From assembly GCA_015234065.1 (NCBI GenBank), contig JADFWS010000001.1:1-47664 (forward strand): a DNA stretch of 47,664 bases. Reading direction: 5' to 3'. The position numbers were made by a program, and so were the translations under genes. The notes beneath the pieces were generated by a model. That model saw only the letters and a program-made list of their open reading frames with translations, did no database searches and was not told the DNA's origin. The stretch is from Candidatus Omnitrophota bacterium. Lineage in GTDB: Bacteria; Omnitrophota; Gorgyraeia; Zapsychrales; Fredricksoniimonadaceae. Positions 18,857-29,459 of the stretch are shown piece after piece; position 1 is the stretch's first letter; every line of letters begins with the position of its first letter.

Positions 18857-19344
18857 CAGAAACAGTTTTCTATATTATTGCTGTCAGCTTGTGCGTTTTT
18901 GCTGTTTTAAGCGTGACCGTGAAAGATGTGTTTCACAGTGCGGTCTGGCTGGCGCTGGCGCTCTTAAGTGTTGCCGGGATATTCTTGTCACTTGATGCGG
19001 CATTTTTGGGCGTGATCCAGGTTTTGGTGTATGTCGGTGGCATTATGACGCTTTTTATTTTTGCGATCAAGCTGACAGCCCGGATCGGTGACAGGTCTAT
19101 CCGTCAGGTATCGCAGCAAAGTGTGTGCGGCGGGATCGTTTCAGCCGGAATATTTGGCGTGTTCCTGATCATTATCTACGCGAATCAATGGAATGATATG
19201 ATGCTGCCGCCGGGCCAGGGGATCGGCCTTAATGGATTGGGCAAAGCGTTACTCACGACATATGCGTTGCCGTTCGAGTTTATATCGGTCCTTTTACTGG
19301 CGGCGCTGGTGGGCGCGATCGTTATCGGAAAGGTCAAACAATGA
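18853..19344 (+). CDS. nuoJ: Complex I subunit J
   Basis: 163-aa membrane protein (VIQVLVYVGGIMTLFIF). Operon position. Confidence 0.88.
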   Translation: MTETVFYIIAVSLCVFAVLSVTVKDVFHSAVWLALALLSVAGIFLSLDAAFLGVIQVLVYVGGIMTLFIFAIKLTARIGDRSIRQVSQQSVCGGIVSAGIFGVFLIIIYANQWNDMMLPPGQGIGLNGLGKALLTTYALPFEFISVLLLAALVGAIVIGKVKQ

Positions 19345-19649
19345 TCCCTTTAGGGCACTATGTCTTATTAAGCGCATTTCTTTTTTGTGTTGGACTTTTT
19401 GGAGTCTTGACCCAGCGCAATGCGATCCGATTTTTGATCTCGATCGAAATCATGTTAAACGGAGCAAATATTAATCTGGTGGCGTTTAACCGCTATTTTG
19501 GCGCATCGGATGCGACGGGGCAGGTTTTTGCGCTGTTTGTGATCGGGGTGGCCGCGGCGGCAAGTGTTGTTGGTTTGGTTCTTGTGATCGCCGTGTACAG
19601 GCTTAGAAAATCCGTATTTATTGACGATTTCAATCTTTTAAAATGGTAA
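19341..19649 (+). CDS. nuoK: Complex I subunit K
   Basis: 102 aa, three TM helices (SIEIMLNGANINLVAF). Confidence 0.9.
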   Translation: MIPLGHYVLLSAFLFCVGLFGVLTQRNAIRFLISIEIMLNGANINLVAFNRYFGASDATGQVFALFVIGVAAAASVVGLVLVIAVYRLRKSVFIDDFNLLKW

Positions 19650-21466
19650 AACTCGCACACTGGATATCGGTCCTTCCGTTTATGGCTTTCTGGCTGAACA
19701 TCATGTTCGGGCGAAAGTTGGGGAAGCTGTCTGCGTTTATTTCTGTCGGGACGTCGGTGATGGCGGCATTGCTGGCGGTCCTTGTTTGCATGGGTTTTAT
19801 GGCCGGAGGGAGCTCGTATGCGTTGACAGGATGGTTGACGGTGAATGGGCAGCCGATCACGCTGGGGATCATTATTGACAGCCTGACGGTCATGATGTTG
19901 TTAGTCGTAACGATCGTCGGCACCTTGATCCAGATCTATTCCATCGGGTATATGTCCGGAGATCCCAGGTATTCACGCTTTTTTGCCTATATTTCTTTGT
20001 TCATGGCATCCATGCTGGGCCTTCTTCTGGCGGATAATTTATTACTGCTTTATATCTTCTGGGAGGGCGTTGGCCTTTGTTCGTGCCTTCTGGTGGCATT
20101 CTGGTATGAAAAGCCTGCGGCCGCTGCGGCCGGTGTGAAGGCCTTTGTGACGACGAGAGTCGGTGATACGGGATTGCTTTTGGGGATCCTTATATTATTA
20201 TCTCTTGGGAATACGCTGCATTTTGCGGATATGGCGTCTGTTAAAGGGCCGGAATCGTTAGTGGCATTGGCGGCAGTCCTTATTTTTCTCGGCGCCATGG
20301 GAAAATCGGCACAGTTTCCGTTACATACCTGGTTGCCGGATGCCATGGAAGGCCCGACGGCGGTGTCCGCGCTGATCCATGCCGCGACCATGGTGGCGGC
20401 TGGCGTGTATCTGGTAGCGCGTTTGTATGGTTTCTTTCTGGCGCATCCTTTGGCGCTTCAGATGGTGGCGTGTGTCGGCATGATCTCGGCTTTGATGGCC
20501 GCGTCGATCGCGTGTGTCACAAATGACATCAAGCGGATCCTGGCGTACTCGACGATCAGCCAGCTGGGGCTCATGATGCTGGCACTCGGCACCGGAGGGT
20601 ATACGGGCGGGACATTTCATCTGATGACGCACGCGTTCTTTAAGGCCTTGCTGTTTCTAGGCGCCGGTTCAGTGATCCACGCGGCTCATACCCAGGATAT
20701 CCGTGCCATGGGCGGATTGTTCACAAAAATGAAGATGACATCCGTAACATTTATTATTGGCGCGCTGGCGCTTGCCGGGATCATGCCTTTTTCGGGTTTC
20801 TGGTCCAAGGATGAGATATTTTGTGCGGTGTGGCATCATGGGAACATGTGGTTCTTTGCGGCATTGATCGCGACGAGTTTTATGACCGCGTTTTATATGG
20901 CCAGGCTTGTGTTGTTGGCGTTCTTTGGTGCGTCGCGCCTGGAAAAAGATGTTCATGAGTCGCCGCTGGTCATGACAGGCCCGCTTGTTGTGCTGGCTGC
21001 TTTTTCGGCGGGATTGGGCCTGTTGGGGTCGCCCTGGTGCCACGGGGCATTCCAGCATTTCATCCAGGCAAAAGATGAGGCGATCGGGCTGAATGTGCCG
21101 ATGGCCATATGTTCGACCATGGTCAGCCTGTCCGGGATCATGGGCGCGTATATGATCGTTGTGCGTAATGTCAAATTCCCGACGTGGACATGGCTGAAGA
21201 AGATGGCCGTGAACAAATATTATGTAGATGAGCTGTATGAGGTTGTGTTTGTCCGTCCGTTTCAGAGAATTTGCGTTGTTTCTGCTGTTTTTGATGGCGC
21301 GTGTATTGATCGTGCGGTCAATGACGTTGGCCGTGTTGTCGGGGCCTGCGGGCAGGCCGTCCGGAGAATTCAGACGGGGATGATCGATCGCTATCTTCTG
21401 GTCCAGGCCGGCGGAGTATTGATGTTGCTGGTGTTTATTTTGGGGAAAGTATGCCGCATATTTTAA
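19643..21466 (+). CDS. nuoL: Complex I subunit L (antiporter-like)
   Basis: 607 aa, Mrp-antiporter-like (GKSAQFPLHTWLPDAMEGPTAVSALIHAATMVAAGVYL). Confidence 0.95.
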   Translation: MVKLAHWISVLPFMAFWLNIMFGRKLGKLSAFISVGTSVMAALLAVLVCMGFMAGGSSYALTGWLTVNGQPITLGIIIDSLTVMMLLVVTIVGTLIQIYSIGYMSGDPRYSRFFAYISLFMASMLGLLLADNLLLLYIFWEGVGLCSCLLVAFWYEKPAAAAAGVKAFVTTRVGDTGLLLGILILLSLGNTLHFADMASVKGPESLVALAAVLIFLGAMGKSAQFPLHTWLPDAMEGPTAVSALIHAATMVAAGVYLVARLYGFFLAHPLALQMVACVGMISALMAASIACVTNDIKRILAYSTISQLGLMMLALGTGGYTGGTFHLMTHAFFKALLFLGAGSVIHAAHTQDIRAMGGLFTKMKMTSVTFIIGALALAGIMPFSGFWSKDEIFCAVWHHGNMWFFAALIATSFMTAFYMARLVLLAFFGASRLEKDVHESPLVMTGPLVVLAAFSAGLGLLGSPWCHGAFQHFIQAKDEAIGLNVPMAICSTMVSLSGIMGAYMIVVRNVKFPTWTWLKKMAVNKYYVDELYEVVFVRPFQRICVVSAVFDGACIDRAVNDVGRVVGACGQAVRRIQTGMIDRYLLVQAGGVLMLLVFILGKVCRIF

Positions 21467-22908
21467 GTACGATCATTTTTCTGCCGCTGTTGGGCGCACT
21501 GGTACTGGCCGTGATCCCGGCAAGGCGCGAGGCGCTCATTCGTTTCACGGCGGCCGCATTCAACGCGGCCGTGCTCGGCTGTGTTGGTGCATTGTGCGTG
21601 TTGTTCAACCATCAGAACGGCGGCATGCAGTTCGCGGAAGATCATTCCTGGATCGGGCAGGTCGGGATCCGTTATAGCCTGGGTGTGGATGGCGTGAGCC
21701 TTGCGCTTGTTTTCTTAACAGCGCTCTTAGGTTTTCTAGCCTGCCTGGCATCAGACAGGATCCGTACAAAGGTAAAAGGATATTTCATCGTCTTTCAGAT
21801 CCTGATGACCGGAATGCTCGGCACGTTTCTGGCATTGGACCTTGTTCTTTTTTATATGTTCTGGGAGACCGTTTTGATACCGATGTTCTTTCTGATCGGA
21901 ATATGGGGTGGGCCGCGCCGGGAATACGCGGCGTGGAAATTCTTTTTTTATACACTGGCAGGATCGCTGATCATGCTTCTTGGGATCGTGGCGGTCTATT
22001 TCTGGGCAGAACCACATTCATTCAGTATGATCACGCTCGCGCGGTCAACAGCATCATTGAGCCCGGTTGTTCAGGGCGCTCTTTTCGGCGCATTCTTTCT
22101 GGCGTTTGCGATCAAGATACCGGTCTTTCCATTTCATACATGGCTTCCGGATGCGCACGTGGAAGCGCCGACCCCGGTCAGCGTTATTTTGGCCGGTGTG
22201 CTTTTAAAGATGGGGACGTACGGCTTGTTACGCATCTGTGTTCCGCTTTTTCCGGCTGCCATGACGATGTTGGCGTTGCCGCTGGGGATCCTCGGCGTAA
22301 TTAATCTGGTGTATGGCGCTTGCGTGGCATTTGCGCAGACAGATATTAAGAAGATGATCGCGTATTCTTCGGTCAGCCATATGGGCTTTGTTTTGCTTGG
22401 CGTCGCAGCCATGAATAGTACAGGTTTTAACGGCAGCCTTCTTGAAATGTTCAATCATGGGATCATTACGGGAGCGATGTTCCTGCTCGTGGGGGTTGTT
22501 TATGAACGCGCGCATACGCGTGAGATCGGAGCATTCGGCGGGTTGGCGTCAGTTATGCCCCGATACGCCTTCTTTTTGACGTTTATGGCGCTCGCGTCTT
22601 TGGGCTTGCCAGGTTTAAGCGGATTTGTGGGAGAATTCTTATCGTTGGCCGGAGTATTTGTTGCGTTCCCGTCAGTTGCCATCGCAGGAGCTGTTGGGCT
22701 GATCGCGCTCGTCGTGCTTTTTCTGGTCATGATCAAGAAAATGCTGTGGGGAAGCCCGGGTAAAGGCGTTTCCTGGCCGGATATGGGATTGAAGGAAGTG
22801 TGCATTATCCTGCCGCTTGTGGTGATAACGCTGGCGGTTGGTTTTTATCCGGATAGTGTGCTGCAGTATCAAAAACATACGATCGATATTCTGGTAAAAC
22901 TGTTATGA
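21451..22908 (+). CDS. nuoM: Complex I subunit M (antiporter-like)
   Basis: 485 aa (KIPVFPFHTWLPDAHVEAPTPVSVILAGVLLKMGTYG). Confidence 0.95.
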   Translation: MPHILSTIIFLPLLGALVLAVIPARREALIRFTAAAFNAAVLGCVGALCVLFNHQNGGMQFAEDHSWIGQVGIRYSLGVDGVSLALVFLTALLGFLACLASDRIRTKVKGYFIVFQILMTGMLGTFLALDLVLFYMFWETVLIPMFFLIGIWGGPRREYAAWKFFFYTLAGSLIMLLGIVAVYFWAEPHSFSMITLARSTASLSPVVQGALFGAFFLAFAIKIPVFPFHTWLPDAHVEAPTPVSVILAGVLLKMGTYGLLRICVPLFPAAMTMLALPLGILGVINLVYGACVAFAQTDIKKMIAYSSVSHMGFVLLGVAAMNSTGFNGSLLEMFNHGIITGAMFLLVGVVYERAHTREIGAFGGLASVMPRYAFFLTFMALASLGLPGLSGFVGEFLSLAGVFVAFPSVAIAGAVGLIALVVLFLVMIKKMLWGSPGKGVSWPDMGLKEVCIILPLVVITLAVGFYPDSVLQYQKHTIDILVKLL

Positions 22909-24311
22909 CGCATGACATTCTGTTCATATTGCCTGAAGTTGTGCTAGCCGCCGGGGCGCTTTTTATCCTTGTATGCGGAGTTTTTGGCTGTCGCCGCTGG
23001 CTTCTTGGTTTTTTGGCGTTGGCGTCATTAACGCTGGCTTTTTTTGTGTTACCGGGAGGGAGCAATACCGCGTCATCGGCTTTCTCAGGTATGCTGATGG
23101 GTGATGCGTTCGGTTTTGCCATGAGGATATTTTTTCTTGTGGCGACGGTATTGGCTGTTCTTTTATCCATGGGATACCGGTGGCAGGATGACGATGACGC
23201 GGGAGAATATTTCTTTTTTCTTCTGGTGGCAACGGCGTGCATGATGCTGGCGGTGAGTTCCGGGAATCTGATGATGTTGTATCTGTCTGTGGAAATGCTT
23301 TCGATCGTGTCGTATGTACTGGCAGGGTTTTTAAAGCGGGATATTTATTCGACCGAAGCGGGCCTCAAGTATTTTCTTTTTGGGGCGTTATCCACAGGGC
23401 TTATGCTTTACGGGATTACGCTCGTGTACGGATTGTTTGGAACGCTTAATTTGGCGGATATCAATGCCCGGCTTGCCCTGTCCGGGGTGTATGCGCCCAC
23501 ACTTATTCTTGCGGCAGTGCTTGTTTTTGCAGGATTGGCATTTAAGGCGTCGATCGTGCCGTTTCATATGTGGGTCGCGGATGTATATGATGGTGCGCCA
23601 TGGCCTGTGGCGGCGTTCTTTTCAGTGGCGCCGAAAGCTTTGGGCTTTGCCCTTTTGGTGCGCGTGTTCTTTGGGTCTTCGGCATTGATGCATTCGGGGT
23701 GGCCAGGCATCACCGCCGTTCTGGCTATTCTGACCATGACGATCGGAAATTTGTCCGCATTCCATCAGGATAATGTGAAGCGGCTCCTGGCGTTTTCTTC
23801 GGTGGGGCAGGCGGGATATATCCTGGCTGGCCTGGCAACGGGGTTGTTGGGGCTTCAAGCGGCATTTTTTTACATGATCATTTATGTTTTCATGAATATG
23901 GGCGCGTTTGCCTCGGCGGCATTGTTATCACCGAATCGCATGGATCTGGCCGCGTACAAAGGGATGGGGCAGCGCGCGCCATGGGGGGCCATGTTTTTTA
24001 CAATGTTTCTTCTGTCATTGGCAGGCCTTCCGCCGCTGGCCGGGTTCTTGGCAAAATTCCTGGTGATCCGGGCCGCTGTTGAAGGGCATTATTTTTGGCT
24101 TGCGGCAGCGGTTGTTTTAAATAGCGTGATCGCGTTCTTTTATTATTTGAAAGTCATTAAGATCATGTACATGGATAAGCCTGCGTCGGTTAAAGAGGTG
24201 GCAATATCAAGGGACGGGTATTTACTGCTGGCGATCTCTTGTGCGGCGGTCATCGGGTTTGGGCTTTGGCCGAAGCCGTTGCTGGATATTTTGGCTGTTA
24301 TATTTGCGTGA
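22905..24311 (+). CDS. nuoN: Complex I subunit N (antiporter-like)
   Basis: 468 aa (FKASIVPFHMWVADVYDGAPWPVAAFFSVAPK). Confidence 0.93.
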   Translation: MTHDILFILPEVVLAAGALFILVCGVFGCRRWLLGFLALASLTLAFFVLPGGSNTASSAFSGMLMGDAFGFAMRIFFLVATVLAVLLSMGYRWQDDDDAGEYFFFLLVATACMMLAVSSGNLMMLYLSVEMLSIVSYVLAGFLKRDIYSTEAGLKYFLFGALSTGLMLYGITLVYGLFGTLNLADINARLALSGVYAPTLILAAVLVFAGLAFKASIVPFHMWVADVYDGAPWPVAAFFSVAPKALGFALLVRVFFGSSALMHSGWPGITAVLAILTMTIGNLSAFHQDNVKRLLAFSSVGQAGYILAGLATGLLGLQAAFFYMIIYVFMNMGAFASAALLSPNRMDLAAYKGMGQRAPWGAMFFTMFLLSLAGLPPLAGFLAKFLVIRAAVEGHYFWLAAAVVLNSVIAFFYYLKVIKIMYMDKPASVKEVAISRDGYLLLAISCAAVIGFGLWPKPLLDILAVIFA

Positions 24312-24366
24312 TGGGAAGGCAAGGCCGAAGATTCCGGTTCAGCGATTGCGGCGTGCATGGGTGTAA

Positions 24367-24401
24367 CTTTTCTTTTTCCTTTTCTCTTTTTTCTTTTCCT
24401 T
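24367..24401 (+). other. 35-nt uninterrupted homopyrimidine (C/T) tract upstream of gltA
   Basis: cttttctttttccttttctcttttttcttttcctt, followed directly by atataat. It lies in the nuoN-gltA intergenic region. Confidence 0.9.
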
Positions 24402-24447
24402 ATATAATACGTTTTCATTAAATAGTATATCTTCTCGAGGAGGATGC

Positions 24448-25746
24448 ATGGGCCAGGAGCAGACAGCAAAAGTCATTCTTGACGGCAACACCTTTGAGCT
24501 TCCGATCATTATCGGCAGTGAAGGCGAGCGCGGGATCGACATTTCGAAACTAAGGTCGCTCACGAATTATGTGACGCTTGACCACGGGTTCGGCAACACG
24601 TCCAATTGCGAAAGCGCCATCACGTTCCTCGACGGAGAGGCCGGCATCCTTCGTTACCGCGGGTATCCTATCGAACAGCTCGCGGAATATTCCAGTTTTG
24701 TTGAGACGGCGTATCTTTTGATCTATGGGAAGCTTCCGACGTCCGAAGAGCTGCGTGAGTTTTCCGGGCTTTTTAATGAACATTCCATGATCCATGAGGA
24801 CATGAAGCGGCTGTTCAATGGCTTTCCCGTCGCGGCGCATCCGATGGCCGTCCTGGCGTCCATGATCTGTTCGTTATCCGCATATTATCCAGATATCGAC
24901 ATGACGAATCCTTCGAAGAAGGATTTTGACCGGATCGCGGTTCAGCTTATGTCCAAGGTCCGTACCATGGTCGCATTTGCCTACAAAAAATCCATTGGTG
25001 AGCCGTTCGTGTATCCGCGTGAGGACCTGGAATATGTTCCGAATCTTTTGAACATGCTGTTTTCATCGCCCACGAAGCCTTACAAGATCTATGATGAGGT
25101 TGTTCAGGCCATGAAGGTGCTTTTTATTCTTCATGCCGACCATGAGCAGAATTGTTCGACCTCGACGGTTCGTCTGGTGGGCAGTTCGCGCGTGAATCTG
25201 TTTGCGTCGATCTCGTCGGGAATTTGCGCGCTTTGGGGCCCGCTTCATGGCGGCGCCAATGAGGCGGTTATTGATATGCTCGAGGCGATCCAGAAAGATG
25301 GCGGCGATGTGGATAAATATATCAATATGGCCAAAGATAAAAGCACGTCGTATCGTTTGATGGGCGTCGGGCACCGGGTGTACAAGAGTTATGATCCGCG
25401 TGCGAAGATCATCAAGCAGTGCGCGCATGAACTTTTAAATAAGCTTGGCGTTGACGATCCGCTTCTTGAGATCGCGATCAGGCTAGAAGAGAAGGTGCTC
25501 AAGGATCCGTATTTCGTGGAGCGCAATCTGTATCCGAATGTTGATTTTTACAGCGGCCTGATCTACAAGGCGATCGGCATCCCGAAGGACATGTTCACGG
25601 TCATGTTCGCGATCGGGCGCATGCCCGGATGGATCGCGCACTGGAAAGAGATGATCGAGGTCCCGGGTGGCGCCAAAATCGGCCGTCCGCGCCAGATCTA
25701 CGTCGGTGAAAACAAGCGTGATTATGTCACGATCAATAAACGTTAA
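24448..25746 (+). CDS. gltA: Citrate synthase
   Basis: MGVGHRVYKSYDPRA signature. 432 aa. RBS gaggagg upstream. Confidence 0.95.
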   Translation: MGQEQTAKVILDGNTFELPIIIGSEGERGIDISKLRSLTNYVTLDHGFGNTSNCESAITFLDGEAGILRYRGYPIEQLAEYSSFVETAYLLIYGKLPTSEELREFSGLFNEHSMIHEDMKRLFNGFPVAAHPMAVLASMICSLSAYYPDIDMTNPSKKDFDRIAVQLMSKVRTMVAFAYKKSIGEPFVYPREDLEYVPNLLNMLFSSPTKPYKIYDEVVQAMKVLFILHADHEQNCSTSTVRLVGSSRVNLFASISSGICALWGPLHGGANEAVIDMLEAIQKDGGDVDKYINMAKDKSTSYRLMGVGHRVYKSYDPRAKIIKQCAHELLNKLGVDDPLLEIAIRLEEKVLKDPYFVERNLYPNVDFYSGLIYKAIGIPKDMFTVMFAIGRMPGWIAHWKEMIEVPGGAKIGRPRQIYVGENKRDYVTINKR

Positions 25747-25757
25747 GGAGTAATGGC

Positions 25758-27206
25758 GTGATCTCTTTTCGCGATACATTCAAGTTTGACAAAGCGTCTG
25801 TGGCATTTTTATCGTCGGACCAGATCAAGGCTAAAGCGTGCGGCCTTGAAGGGCAGGGCGTGTGTGATGCGGCCCGCGGGGTTATTGAATCCGGGCAGTT
25901 TGAGGGTAAAAAGGGGCAGGTTTTCCCGCTTGTCGTTGATAAGAAAGTATTGGTCCTTTTTGGGCTTGGTGCGGAAAAAGACCTGACAGCGTCAGCGCTG
26001 CGCGCGCTTGTCCGTCGGGCGTTCATGCTGCCGTATTTTAAGACAGAGAAAACGCTTATCGTTGTGCCGCACGCGGATAAGGCATGGGTGGTCCAGTCGA
26101 TCATTGAGGGTGTGACGATCGGAACGTATGCCTGGAAAAAGTATATTTCAAAGAAGGCTGATGATAAAACCATTGACCGTAAAGATGTGGTGATCGTTGC
26201 CAAGAAATCCCCGGGATACGAAGCGATCAGCACGGTTGCGGATAATGTGAATGTAGCGCGTGAATTGGTGAATGAAAACGCGGATGTGACAACCCCTGTG
26301 ATGCTCGAAGGTGTTGTGCGTAAGATCGTGAAAGGGAAAAAGGGCATAACGCTTGAAGTCCTTGATCGCGCTAAACTTAAAGCCAGGAAACTCGGGTTGC
26401 TGTTGGCCGTTAATCAGGGAAGCAACAAAGAGCCGCGTGTCGTGATCGTCAAGTACACCGGCGCGGGTAAGGATAAGCCGTATACAGCGATCGTCGGCAA
26501 AGGGCTTACGTTCGATTCAGGCGGGCTTAATTTGAAGCCATCTGGCCACATGGAGACGATGCGCTGTGATATGAGCGGCGCCGCAACAGTGATCGGAACG
26601 TTGAAAACGGCGCTTGAGCTCAAGCTGAAAAAGAATATTATTTTTGCGTTCGGCGCGGTGGAGAATGCGATTGATGCCAATGCGTATAAACCAGGCGATG
26701 TTTTTACAGGGCATGCCGGCAAGTCGGTAGAGATTGGGAATACGGATGCGGAGGGCCGATTGGTCCTTGCGGATGTCCTCTCGTATGTGATCACGACTTA
26801 TAAGCCTGCCAAAGTGATCGATCTTGCGACATTGACCGGAGCCTGTGTGGTGGCGCTTGGGAATGATTACGCGGCGCTGTTGTCGACGGATAATACGATG
26901 GCCGAAGCGCTTCTTTCGAGTGCCGAGGCCACAGATGACCGGTTGTGGCGCTTGCCGCTCTATCCGGAATTGAAAGATGCCATGAAATCCAAGATCGCGG
27001 ATATCAAGAATACCAGCAATTTGAAAGGTGCCGCCGGGACACTGACGGGCGCTGAATTCCTGAGATTCTTTGTCGGGGATGTGCCGTGGGCGCATCTGGA
27101 TATTGCGGGTGTGGCGTTCGTGGATGGTGACAGCCGTCAGTACTACGCGCATGGAGCGACGGGGTACGGCGTCAGGCTTTTGACACATTATCTTTCCAAT
27201 GATTAA
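25758..27206 (+). CDS. pepA: Leucyl aminopeptidase (M17)
   Basis: NTDAEGRLVLAD signature and GKGLTFDSGG. Confidence 0.93.
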   Translation: MISFRDTFKFDKASVAFLSSDQIKAKACGLEGQGVCDAARGVIESGQFEGKKGQVFPLVVDKKVLVLFGLGAEKDLTASALRALVRRAFMLPYFKTEKTLIVVPHADKAWVVQSIIEGVTIGTYAWKKYISKKADDKTIDRKDVVIVAKKSPGYEAISTVADNVNVARELVNENADVTTPVMLEGVVRKIVKGKKGITLEVLDRAKLKARKLGLLLAVNQGSNKEPRVVIVKYTGAGKDKPYTAIVGKGLTFDSGGLNLKPSGHMETMRCDMSGAATVIGTLKTALELKLKKNIIFAFGAVENAIDANAYKPGDVFTGHAGKSVEIGNTDAEGRLVLADVLSYVITTYKPAKVIDLATLTGACVVALGNDYAALLSTDNTMAEALLSSAEATDDRLWRLPLYPELKDAMKSKIADIKNTSNLKGAAGTLTGAEFLRFFVGDVPWAHLDIAGVAFVDGDSRQYYAHGATGYGVRLLTHYLSND

Positions 27207-28083
27207 TCAAGGGGGCGTTATGGAGTGGATGTATTTTACCGCAGCGTTTATTGTATTCTTTTTCTTCTCGGGCATTCGTATTGTACGCCCGACACACAGG
27301 GGCCTGATCGAGCGGTTTGGAAAATATTTGCGCTCCGGCCAGCCGGGTTTTAACTGGATCATTCCGATGGCCGAGAACATGTACCTTATTAATGTGACCG
27401 AGCAGATGGTGAATGCGGAATCGCAGGAGATCATTACCAATGATAATTTGAACGCGAGTGTCGATGCCCAGATCTATTTCAGGGTCAAGTCCGACGAGGT
27501 GAGTGTCCGCAATTGCGTATATAATGTCCAGAATTATCAGTATCAGATCGTGAACCTGGCACGGACGACCTTGCGTAATATTATCGGCACCATGACGCTT
27601 AAGACCGCCAACAGCGAGCGCGGCAAGATCAATTCCGAGCTTCAGACAATTCTCCGCCGGGAAACGGGCGAGTGGGGTATTGACATTGTCCGCGCGGAGC
27701 TCAAAGAGATCGATCCGCCGAAAGATGTGCAGGAAACGATGAACAAGGTCGTTAAGGCGGAGAATGAAAAGATCGCGGCCGTGGATTATGCGACGGCGTG
27801 TGAAACGGCGGCTGATGGTACAAAGCGCGCGGAGATCAAGAAGGCGGAAGGCATCAAGCAGGCGCGTATTCTCGACGCGCAGGGTGAAGCCGAAGCCATC
27901 CAGCTGGTCAATGAGGCCGCGGAACGATATTTTGTCGGTAATGCGCAGCTTTTAAGGCGCCTGGAAATGGTGGAAAAGTCTTTAATGAATAATACCAAGA
28001 TCGTTGTTCCGGCCGGAAGTGATCTGGTGAACGTGGTGGGTGAGCTGGCTGGTGTCCTCCCGCTCAAGAAAGCTAACGGATAA
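27199..28083 (+). CDS. SPFH/band 7 (stomatin/prohibitin-like) membrane protein
   Basis: N-terminal TM helix, then [15 protein letters not shown] ... VDAQIYFRV ... [13 protein letters not shown]. An alternative start at ATG 27220 follows aaggggg. Confidence 0.88.
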   Translation: MINQGGVMEWMYFTAAFIVFFFFSGIRIVRPTHRGLIERFGKYLRSGQPGFNWIIPMAENMYLINVTEQMVNAESQEIITNDNLNASVDAQIYFRVKSDEVSVRNCVYNVQNYQYQIVNLARTTLRNIIGTMTLKTANSERGKINSELQTILRRETGEWGIDIVRAELKEIDPPKDVQETMNKVVKAENEKIAAVDYATACETAADGTKRAEIKKAEGIKQARILDAQGEAEAIQLVNEAAERYFVGNAQLLRRLEMVEKSLMNNTKIVVPAGSDLVNVVGELAGVLPLKKANG

Positions 28084-29459
28084 TGGATCATCGTATTGAG
28101 ACAGACAGCATAGGGGAAGTGCGGGTGCCGGCGGATATGTATTACGGCGCCCAGACAGAGCGTTCCCGTCAGAATTTTAAGATCGGCGGCGAACGTTTCC
28201 CTCGGGAGTTTATTCGGGCGCTCGGTATTGTCAAGAAAGCATCGGCCGCGGCAAATGCCCGGCTGGGCATCCTGGATAAAAAGAAGGCCGACGTTATTAT
28301 GGCGGCAGCTGAGGAAGTGATCGCCGGTGCATTGGATGCGCATTTTCCACTGGTTGTATGGCAAACCGGAAGCGGCACCCAGACAAATATGAACGCCAAT
28401 GAAGTGATCGCTAATCGTGCGGCAGAACTTTTGGGCGGCACGAAAGGTTCAAGGGCTGTTCATCCGAATGATGATGTGAATAAGGGCCAATCGTCGAATG
28501 ATGTGTTCCCGACAGCGATGCATGTGGCGGCTGCGGAAGAGTTGGTCCTTCGGCTTATTCCGGCGCTGATCGATCTCGAAGGCGCGCTTGCGGCCAAGTC
28601 GTTGGAATTTAAACATATTGTCAAGATCGGCCGTACGCATTTAATGGATGCGACCCCGGTTACGTTAGGTCAGGAATTTTCCGGATATGTTCAGCAGGTG
28701 CATAATGCGGTGGAGCGTCTGGAATCCTGCCGGCCCAGGCTTTTTGAATTGGCACTTGGCGGAACCGCGGTCGGAACAGGATTAAATACGCATCGCGATT
28801 TTGCCAATGTATCGTCTGGGATTATCCGCGATCTGACCGGGATCCCGTTCGAGACGGCGCGTAATAAGTTTGAAGCGCTGGCCGCGCATGATGCGTTGGT
28901 CGAGTTGAGCGGGGCGCTCAATACGGTTGCGGCCAGTCTGAACAAGATCGCTAATGATATCCGCTGGCTTGCGTCAGGCCCGCGCAGTGCGATCGGTGAG
29001 ATCACGATCCCTGGGAATGAGCCTGGCAGCTCGATCATGCCGGGGAAAGTGAACCCCACGCAGTGTGAAGCCCTGACCATGGTTGCGGCCCAGGTGATGG
29101 GCAACCATGTGACCGTGACGATCGCCGGCGCATCAGGGAATTTTGAGCTGAATGTGTATAAGCCGGTCATTATTTACAATGTGCTGCAGTCGATCCGGCT
29201 GTTGACAGATGCGGCGGTGAGTTTCAAGGAACATTGTGTGATGGGCATTGAGCCGCAGGAAGAGCGTATTAACGCGCATTTAAATAATTCTTTGATGCTC
29301 GTGACCGCGCTTGCGCCGCATATCGGCTATGACAAAGCTGCGGTAATCGCAAAATGTGCATATGAGGAAAATATATCGCTTAAGGCGGCTGCAATAAAAA
29401 GCGGCGATGTGGGAGCAGAAGAATTCGATCGTTGGGTTAAACCTGGGGATATGGTATGA
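28083..29459 (+). CDS. fumC: Fumarate hydratase, class II
   Basis: [15 protein letters not shown] signature. 458 aa. Confidence 0.96.
   Translation: MDHRIETDSIGEVRVPADMYYGAQTERSRQNFKIGGERFPREFIRALGIVKKASAAANARLGILDKKKADVIMAAAEEVIAGALDAHFPLVVWQTGSGTQTNMNANEVIANRAAELLGGTKGSRAVHPNDDVNKGQSSNDVFPTAMHVAAAEELVLRLIPALIDLEGALAAKSLEFKHIVKIGRTHLMDATPVTLGQEFSGYVQQVHNAVERLESCRPRLFELALGGTAVGTGLNTHRDFANVSSGIIRDLTGIPFETARNKFEALAAHDALVELSGALNTVAASLNKIANDIRWLASGPRSAIGEITIPGNEPGSSIMPGKVNPTQCEALTMVAAQVMGNHVTVTIAGASGNFELNVYKPVIIYNVLQSIRLLTDAAVSFKEHCVMGIEPQEERINAHLNNSLMLVTALAPHIGYDKAAVIAKCAYEENISLKAAAIKSGDVGAEEFDRWVKPGDMV

Noticed and set aside
26517-28364. Minus-strand ORFs of 223 aa (26517-27188) and 192 aa (27786-28364)
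   Set aside because: They are antisense to pepA, the SPFH gene and fumC, all of which carry strong signature motifs. The antisense translations are Arg/His-rich and featureless.
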